A stretch of 64,000 bases of DNA from the human T2T-CHM13v2.0 reference genome, Homo sapiens. The stretch lies in assembly GCF_009914755.1 (NCBI RefSeq), contig NC_060933.1; one strand, given 5' to 3'. The translations under genes and the position numbers were made by a program. Shown here piece after piece: positions 55,406 to 64,000 of the stretch; position 1 is the first letter of the stretch, and each line of letters opens with the position of its first letter. The notes under the pieces are model-generated. The model was not told where the DNA came from. It searched no databases and worked only from the letters and a program-made list of their open reading frames with translations.

Positions 55406-56706
55406 AATATTCTCCTTTTATATATAGAATTCTTGTTTCCCTTTAAAAGTGATTTGGGTGAAATGTCAATCAAGGTAATTGATCTTATTTTCCCCAAAGA
55501 TGATAACATAATCCAATCAAGTTCAAATAGATATTGTTGTCCTCACGGCATATAAATTTTGAGTTTAGTTGCCCAAAGAATGAGAATGATTATGGTTGAT
55601 TCTCCCCCATGATGATACATTATAGAAATACTGTAATTGTCCTTGTTACCTTGTTCTTCTCTACTTATTTTTAAAACTGATTCTTTTTTATGTTACCTAG
55701 AAAAGTAAAAGGAATACATATTGCATTAGTGAGACTAAATATATTATTTAATTAAATGCTGGATATACCTATAGTTTCTGTAAGAGAACAACCAAGAAGT
55801 TGAGTAGGGTTAAATCCATGACATTTGAAGAGTAGACAAAAGAAGACTTAGGATACCAAGATCAAAACCTAAAACTACTGTGTTCTAAAAAGGGGTTCTC
55901 TTCTGCAAGTTTATAGACTCCATCCAAAGATAAAAGAAACAGTGATGGAATATAGGATTTTTAATAAATATATTTATTTATTTTGTCATGAAGACAAATG
56001 TAAGGTTTCTGAACTTGAGGCAGACTATTATTGTTACTTACAACAATAACTGCATTGGCTCCCCATACTCCATTCTCTTCTTTAGGGTAATGTAATGAGA
56101 ACCAGATGGCTAGCCATGTGTTTATGAATGAGTATCTACCATAGAAAAGGAACCACAACATTATGAGTCTGGAGTTTATATGAAAACGGCTATAGACCTA
56201 CTCTCCCCTATTCATTAGAGTGGAAGAGAAAACTAATCTCCCTAATGTAAACAAATATTATTTCTAAAGAAAAATAAATACCTAATTTATGACTCTTTAG
56301 AATATAGATGACTGACCTCTGGTTTTATTAAATTTTAAAGTATAAACTTATGGTTTTTGGAGATGAGGAACCTCTACATATTTCCAGAGGTTTCTATTTA
56401 TTCAATAGTCTGTTAAGTTCAAAATCTTGTTCTTTAGCTGAGATGCCAGTTTTTTATGTTCAGAGAAATCTAACCATGCAGAAACATGAAAATGCTTTCT
56501 CTGCAGTTGAGCAAAGAGTCGCTGCTATTTTGCCATAAATAAAAAATTAAATTTAGTTAGAGGTTGGCTGAAGAGAGAATAGGCTGTCTTATGACATAAT
56601 GAATTATCTATTACAATACTCATTTAAGCATATGGTCAAGTTGACCATTTAGAAGAGGTGTTACAATGGGGATTTAAGCATTCAACAAGTCGTTAGACTA
56701 GATGGC

Positions 56707-57213
56707 TGTAACATCCAGACATGGCAGGAAACAGATGGCACACTTAAATAGGGATATAGAAAACAGCTTAATGAATGAATTTTTCGTAAAGCATGGTATG
56801 ATGAAGGGAAGCTAAAAGAAGACAGTGGAGCATCCTGGGACTAGGAACAACGGGAACTATTACCACCCTAAAGTTGAAGATATAAGGGGAGTGAGTGATT
56901 GCCAAAACTCAGAGAGCTCAGTCACTTCCTCTGTGGGAAGGGCCGCAAAACAGGAACTAGGATGTTAGATGAAGAATACAGCCATTGCAACCTCCTGTGG
57001 CCTGGTAGGTAGGATGCTGGGGAAATAAATATTTTGACATCTCTTTGATGTCACTTCTACTACCCAACCTCAGTCTTCTGCTGGTACCTTCCATTTGTCA
57101 AATCCAACAGGAAAATAGAATGCAAGAGAATCCAGTTGACACTAGCCACAGAGGTCATTCACTCAGTGCACACATCCTTATGGCAAGAAGGCATCTAATA
57201 CCTAGCCCAGACA
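56707..57213 (-). mobile_element. LTR33-like ERVL LTR
   Basis: gcaggaaacagatggcacacttaaata...taccacccta...ggggaaataaata...ccatttgtcaaatccaacaggaa resembles antisense LTR33 as recalled. Confidence 0.6.
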
Positions 57214-58579
57214 CTTAAAAGTACATGTGAACTTACATGAAACCCAAAAGTCTCTGATTCTGTGAAACGCTTATCCTATTCAATTCTTTTAAGAAAAGTC
57301 ACACAGCATGAAGGAAACACTTAAGGGCATAAATGAACAGTTCCTGTATAGAAACAGATAAGTTTAAGTCAGGCATTAAATAAAAATCGACATAACTTGA
57401 TGTCAAGGGTTAAATGAGCCTCCACTAACGGAGAAAACTAAGCTTTACTTGCTCCTGGTTTTTTTTTTTTTTGACCCATGTACATTATCCTGAAATCACC
57501 AGGCTAGACCATGAGCCAATTTGCTTTCAAATCTTTTCTTCTTTCAGGCAGACACTGTAAGAGTCAAGGATCTGTACCATCTGGGCCAGATGAAAGGAGA
57601 CCCAGTGCTGGGTGCCAATAGCATACTGATTACACTACGTTATGAAACATCTCACTCTTTCCCTGTGAGGCTTCACTGAAAAGACTTCACAGACAGTACC
57701 ATATGTCAGTGAGAGCTGCAGTATCTAGTCAAGAGTTGGGAGAAGCAAGTGTTAAAGCTACTAATTCCTTGTGTTTTAGTTTCAAATCTGTACTCTACAA
57801 GTAATAGGGAGAGTTGAAATAAAAATGCTTTTATCTGTCACTTTTCATATCATTTAAAATTTTGACCGGCAGTCGATAGTAATGGAATCAAGATATTCAA
57901 AGCAATTTTATGCTTCCTTCTGTCATAAATTAAAATGTTTCATTAACTAAACAAATTCTCAATGGCATAAATCAACCCACACTAAGTAAATCATACTGAG
58001 AACCAAATTGTAATTCCATAAAAGTGATTAAGTGCTGGCATGATACAGTGATATATATCATCTGCAGTAGAGACTGATTATTCAGTATCTGTATGTTGTA
58101 TTTTAGACTGGCTAATTTCCTACATGTTAGGTATTTTCCTTGGAAATATTTAAGGAAAAACTATATATCACATGAAATTTTATATTTTGGTTTTATTTTG
58201 GAATGTTTCTTGTCAGAGCTTCTTCATTACAGTATACTTTGAAATATGGCTAATGGGTGCTTCACAAATTTGAAAACCTATACTGTAAAATATATTTACC
58301 CTAGGATGGAAATGACCTTGTCAGTAGAGTCAAATATTTCTGAAGTACAAGATTTATTCTTTCTGATGTTATGAACAATAGATTGCTTTCAATTATTCCT
58401 TTTAGAAATTCTTTTTTCGTCATCTGAATGAAGCATGGAAATTTAAAGATTGTATTTAATAGCTTTTGAGACATATTGATGTAATTATTATATGGATATA
58501 AAACAAATCAAATAATTATAAACAACTTACTTGTGCAATGCTCTGAGGATGTTTAGTTCTGATGTACTCGGACAACCCC

Positions 58580-59305
58580 ACCACATAAAGCTACTACAAC
58601 AACCTCTAATCTTGCTTCCATGTTTAACATCAACATGCTATTCTTCACAGAACAATGAAAGCAATCAAGTAAAAAACGCGAATCAGGTCATAGTACTCAC
58701 CAGCTCAAAACCTTCTAATGATGGTCCATCAAAATTAACACAGACACAGAATCTTCACAATTTCCCCAAGACCCTTCATCATTTTGTCACTACTCCAGTC
58801 TCATGCTTTCCTACTGTTTCAGCTCATTGTGCTTCTTTTATGCAATCTTCGTAGCTGTTTTTCAAACCCATCAAAATGGCCCTCATAACCCTTACCCAAC
58901 CCAACTCACGCTTGATATGTGCTTCTTTCTCACAGATATTCACATTGCTATCTCCCCTATCCCACTGCAATTTCTGTTGAAATATCATCTTCTTAGACAG
59001 TTCTTAACCATCTTGCCTAAATTATTAGCCTCCATCACACCTGATATCTAAATACCCTTACCAAGCTTCTTCACTTTTATGTGTTTTATGGGTAGTTTCA
59101 TATATATATGTATGTATGTATATATGTGTGTATGTGTGTGTGTATGTTTATGTATATGTACATGTATGCAGAATTATATACAATTTGTTTAGTATCTGTC
59201 TCCACTCTTGGGATATAAGTTCTATGTAAGCATTTTTATTTACTCATGGCATAAATGGGGTCATTCACTTAACAAGAGTTCACTAAATTTTTATAGAATT
59301 AATAC
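58580..59305 (+). mobile_element. L2 LINE 3' relic with internal (TA/TG)n tract
   Basis: aatcaggtcatagtactcaccagctcaaaaccttctaatg...cagatattcacattgct...tatctgtctccactcttgggatataagttctatg. Confidence 0.7.
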
Positions 59306-60741
59306 ATATAAACCTTTGAATTACATATACTGACAAGATAGTCTATTTTGTTATATTCCAATAGATGTCATTTGTAAGATAATATCACTAACTGGGAGTT
59401 AATGACAGTTGGATCTTTATTCTGAAATACATGATATAGCTCTGTGCTTATACCTGGGCAACTGAGGCTCCTGTTCTAAGACTCAGGCCTCAATGGACTC
59501 TGCACTTCAGAGAGACTCCTTCAAAGTTTTCAAAAAATCCTTTTAAGATCTGAGCTTGTGGCCAGCAGTGCCAAGTAGTTGGGGTGCCCCAGGCTAAACC
59601 TAGGTGTACTGATCATTAGTGCCCTTTGATGCTTGAGACTAGCCATCTAGGAAGCCCAGTCAGAAATCTGCATGGGCCCTAATTACCATCTCTTATCATT
59701 GGGTTGCTTTCTATCTCTTAACCACTCCCAACCCCTACATGTGGCATTGACCCAATGCCTTAAGGAGCCCTGGCACTTCAGCTTATGAGGTTGTCCCCGG
59801 GCCCTGTTGGTTAGGTCCTATTTCTATGACGATGGCCAAGCAAGAAGTGTTACTTTTGTAGAAATGTGTAAAACTGAACTTCCATAATATTGCTGATCCA
59901 GTCTCCTTTGGTCACATTCTCGTTTTAAGCTCAGAACATATTCAGAGGTATGAGATACCAACATGGGACTGCCAACCTTTGAGATTGAGCTGTTGTGTGG
60001 GCTGTTGGGTTGGTTCTCAGATCTCTGTGTTCCAGATGTAGTGCTACCTCCACACTTGTATTTTAGAGTAGTAGAGGTGACAGCAAGCATAATTTGTCCT
60101 GTGGCATCTCTGTAATTCTAGTAACAGGGCATCACCTATCCCCCTTCACAAACACCTCCCTCCTCTAAAACTTCTGAGACCTTTGCTTCATACAACATAG
60201 GTTTCTTTTATTTATTTATTTATTTATTTATTTTTGCAGTTCTTTTTTGCCTTAGGCCAAGGTGATGACATCATGATCTCCTAAGTTGGTCTCAAGCCAT
60301 GCTGGATGAGGGATGGGTATTTTTTGCTTGAATTTTACCACTCTTCTCATTTTGCCTGTGGGCTCCTTGCCTATGCTGATTGCAGTTTATGGAAGGCAGG
60401 TACAGTCAAGGTTGGAAGTGATCACATTCTAGCAATGCAGTCATCATCAGGACCCAAAGAATGAACTCAAGAAATGACAAAGTTGAAAAATGTTTTGGTT
60501 TAACTTTATTCTATAATGTTCAGAGCAGCGAATTCATATGATTAATGAATGCATTGTCTTTCACATTTTCCTGCATTGTCTGGGAAATATTCGCATTTGT
60601 GGCCATGAGAAAAGCATAGAAACAACTTTTGAAAGAGTCATTGGAACCCGCTATTCACCCATGTTACAAGGAATGATGCAAAGTCATGAGTAATGATGTA
60701 GCCATCATTAAGTAAAAGGATTTAGGGAACTTCAGAGTTAG

Positions 60742-60936
60742 AGTACTGAAGATGACCTAGTTTGGATTGAGAAAATTCATGGAGCATCATGGTGAAGGTA
60801 GTAGTTCTGGAAAAGCTACTGGAGATAAGACAGGTACTAAAGCTGAACCAGCTGATGGGTATGAACCACTATTCCAAGAATCTGTTTAAAATTCAGACTT
60901 TTAGTCATGATAAATTAAAATTATCTTTGTGATAAA
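60742..60936 (+). pseudogene. RPS3A: 5'-truncated processed pseudogene fragment of ribosomal protein eS1/S3a (symbol is the parent gene)
   Basis: 60779-60889 translates [36 protein letters not shown], versus RPS3[37 protein letters not shown]; followed by RPS3A 3'UTR-like attcagactt. Confidence 0.92.
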
Positions 60937-61644
60937 ACATCCATGTTGTTTTAATAGAGATGGATTCTAAAGAGTCATGGATTGTGAACATTAACAACTT
61001 TGCTACCATTTTCTCATGGTGGGATATATGTACTTAGCTAGAAATAGCATATTTGATTACAAAGCACATGGACACATGATCTCTTGATATCAAAGGAAAG
61101 AGATGATAACTTGGCCTTGCAAAGTGTTTTCAGGTTCAATGTTGGAACACCAAATAAATATGTGCATATCTCACCTTTTACTCATAATTCTAAGTCTTTA
61201 TATATAAGTTAGTATGCTTCATGTAGGCTAATGGATTTAATAATGTGTTTTTAAATCATTTTGTTTGTATAGACAAGGTCCTTTAAATATTTTCAGGGTC
61301 CCCTAAACTGTAGGGACATCCTTGGTGCCAAACTCTGCCTTTAAAATTAAAATAGATATGCTAAGCACTGTATCCCTCTTTAATGATAAGATGTACAAGG
61401 TACAATAACTTGATCTTTACCTTAAAGGGTAAGTGCAAGACCACTGGGACACTATAAACTTCACCAATTTACCAGGGCCCTAAAAATCTGTAGGATTTTT
61501 TTCTTAAACTCGGGCAGTATGTGTCTTACATGAGTATTAGGTTTACTTGCCACCTACTTTTCATAGGTCTTATTAGAATTATGACATCAATATACTGCAC
61601 CGACATAATCTTCTGCAGACGTCAAAACCATCATGCTGCTAGAT

Positions 61645-62668
61645 GGGCAGTTCCAAGATGGCCAAATAGGAACAGCTCCAGGCTACAGCTCCCAGTGTGA
61701 GCAACGCAGAAGACAGGTGATTTCTGCATTTCCAACTGAGGTACTGGGTTCATCTCACTGGGGCTTGTTGGACAGTGGGTGCAGGACAGTGGGTGCAGCC
61801 CACCGAGAATGAGCTGAAGCAGGGCAAGGCATTGTCTCACCCAAGAAGCGCAAGGGGTCAGGGAATTCCCTTTCCTAGCCAAGGGAAGCTGTGACACACA
61901 GCACCTGGAAAATTGGGTCACTCCCACCCTAATACTGGGCTTTTCCAACGGTATTAGCAAACAGCACACCAGGAGATTATATCACGTGCCTGGCTCAGAG
62001 GGTCCCATGCCCAGGGAGCCTTGCTCATTGCTAGCACAGCAGTCTGAGATCGAACTGCAAGGCAGCAGTGAGGCTGGGGGAGGGGCGCCCACCATTGCTG
62101 AGGCTTGAGTAGTTAAACAAAGAGGCCAAGAAGCTCTGAGTGGAGCCCACTGCAGCTCAAGGAGGCCTGCCTGCCTCTGTAGACTCCATCTTTGGGGACA
62201 GGGTATAGCCGAACAAAAGGCAGCAAACCTCACAGACTTACATGTCCCTGTTTGACAGCTTTGAAGAGAGTAGTGGTTCTCCCAGCACGGAGTTTGAGAT
62301 CTGAGAACAGACAGACTGCCTCCTCAAGTGGGTCCCTGACCCCTGAGTAGCCTAACTGGGAGGCACCCCCAAGTAGGGGCAGACTGACACACCACACCAC
62401 ATGGCCGGGTACTGCTCTGAGACGAAGCTTCCAGAGGAATGATCAGGCAGCAACATTTGCTGTTCAGTAATATTCGCTGTTCTGCAGCCTCTGCTGCTGA
62501 TACCCAGGCAAACAGGGTCTGGAGTGGACCTCCAGCAAACTCCAACAGACCTGCAGCTGAGGGTCCTGACTGTTAGAAGGAAAACTGACAAACAGAAAGG
62601 AAATCCACACAAAAACCCCATCTGTATGTCACCATCATCAAAGACCAAAGGTACATAAAAACACAAAG
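61645..62668 (+). promoter_or_regulatory. L1 5'UTR internal sense promoter (YY1 site) and antisense promoter region
   Basis: YY1 motif CAAGATGGCC at 61654-61663; L1 5'UTR promoter function is established knowledge; many CpGs have decayed, so activity is unknown. Confidence 0.7.
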
Positions 62669-63685
62669 ATGGGGAAAAAACAGAGCAGAAAAGCTGAAAA
62701 TTCTAAAAATCACAGCGCCTCCCCGCTTTCAAAGGAATGCAGCTCCTTGCCAGCAATGGAACAAAGCTGGATGGAGAATGACTTTGACGAGTTGAGAGAA
62801 GAAGGCTTCAGACGATCAAACTTCTCCGAGATAAAGGAGGAAGTTCGAACCCATTGCAAAGAAGCTAAAAACTTTAAAAAAAGATTAGACGAATTGCTAA
62901 CTAGAATAACCAATGTAGAGAAGGCCTTAAATGACCTAATGGAGCTGAAAACCATGGGACGAGAACTACATGACAAATGCACAAGCTTCAGTAGCCAATT
63001 AGATCAGCTGGAAGAAAGGGTATGAGTGATTGAAGATCAAATGAATGAAGTGAAGTGAGAAGAGAAGTTTAGAGTAAAAAGAGTAAAAAGAAATGAACAA
63101 AGCCTCCAAGAAATATGAGACTATGTGAAAAGACCAAATCTACGTCTGATTGGTGTACCTGAAAGTGACGGGGAGAATTGAACCAACTTGGAAAACACTC
63201 TGCAGGATATTGTCCAGGAGAACTTCCCCAATCTAGCAAGGCAGGCCAACATTCAGATTCAGGAAATACAGAGAACACAACAAGGATACTCCTTGAGAAG
63301 GGCAACTCCAAGACACATAATTGTCAGATTCACCAAATTGACATGAAGGAAAAAATGTACAGGGCAGCCAGAAAGAAAGGTCGGGTTACCCTCAAAGGGA
63401 AGCCCATCAGACTAACAGCGGATCTCTCAGCAGAAACTCTGCAAGCCAGAAGAGAGTGGGGGCCAATATTCAACATACATAAAGAGAAGAATTTTCAACA
63501 CAGAATTTCATATCCAGGCAAACTAAACTTCATAGTGAAGGAGAAATAAAATCCTTTATAGACAAGTAAATGCTGAGAGAGATTTTGTCACCACCAGGCC
63601 TGCCCTACAAGAGCTCCTGAAGGAAGCACTAAACATGGAAAGGAACAACCGGTACCGGACACTGCAAAAACATGCCAAATTGCAA
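62669..63685 (+). pseudogene. Disrupted L1 ORF1p
   Basis: MGKKQSRKAENSKNHSASP...; stop at 63023-63025, further stops and a frameshift; C-terminal GKPIRLTADLSAETLQARREW lies in a shifted frame. Confidence 0.93.
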
Positions 63686-63748
63686 AGACCATCGAGGCTA
63701 GGAAGAAACTGCATCAACTGATGAGCAAAATAACCAGCTAACATCATA

Positions 63749-64000
63749 ATGACAGGATCAAATTCACACATAACAATATTAACCTTAAATGTAAATGGGC
63801 TAAATGCTCCAGTAAAAAGACACAGACTGGCAAGTTAGATAAAGAGTCAAGACCCATCAGTGTGCTGTATTCAGGAAACCCATCTCACATGCAGAGACAC
63901 ACATAGGCTCAGAATAAAGGGATGGAGGAAGATCTACCAAGCAAATGGAAAACAAAAAAAGGCAGGGGTTGCAATCCTAGTCTCTGATAAAAACAGACTT
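63749..64000 (+). pseudogene. Disrupted L1 ORF2p endonuclease domain N-terminus
   Basis: MTGSNSHITILTLNVNGLNAPVKRHRLAS*IKSQDPSVCCIQETHL; TGG>TAG at codon 30. Confidence 0.93.

Larger units (their letters stand above)
61645..64000 (+). mobile_element. 5' end of a formerly full-length LINE-1 (L1PA5/6-like): 5'UTR, ORF1 and ORF2 start; runs off window
   Basis: ttccaagatggccaaataggaacagctcc start; ORF1 MGKKQSRK... at 62669; ORF2 MTGSNSHITILTLNVNGLN at 63749. Confidence 0.97.

Noticed and set aside
58531-59051. 107-aa and 82-aa ORFs
   Set aside because: They lie in a decayed L2 relic; no recognisable domain
59824-60090. 88-aa minus-strand ATG ORF in unique sequence
   Set aside because: No recognisable homology or convincing splice context; the length is reachable by chance

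Overview
AT-rich, repeat-dense primate genomic DNA, very likely human (an AluYb8 copy lies at 46411-46722). It looks like intronic or intergenic sequence. I recognise no intact protein-coding gene, RNA gene or CRISPR array; most ORF-track entries, including all the long ones, are LINE-1, Alu or L2 remnants. The window holds about 14 LINE-1 copies or fragments (five with 5' inversions, plus the 5' 2.3 kb of a formerly full-length L1PA5/6-like element), about 13 Alus, MaLR/ERV solo LTRs, an Hsmar2 mariner fragment, MER5/MIR/L2 relics, microsatellites and a 3' fragment of an RPS3A processed pseudogene. I found no convincing novel biological system. The best leads are: (1) a non-repeat, CpG-retaining minus-strand exon-like segment at 42281-42756 whose 158-codon frame is broken only by two adjacent stops; (2) a local ~206-bp inverted self-duplication inside an old L1; (3) atypical retrotransposition products (inversions with 1-2 kb deletions, short 3' transductions, an AluY lacking both ends). 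Subfamily names come from my recall of consensus sequences, not from a RepeatMasker run.
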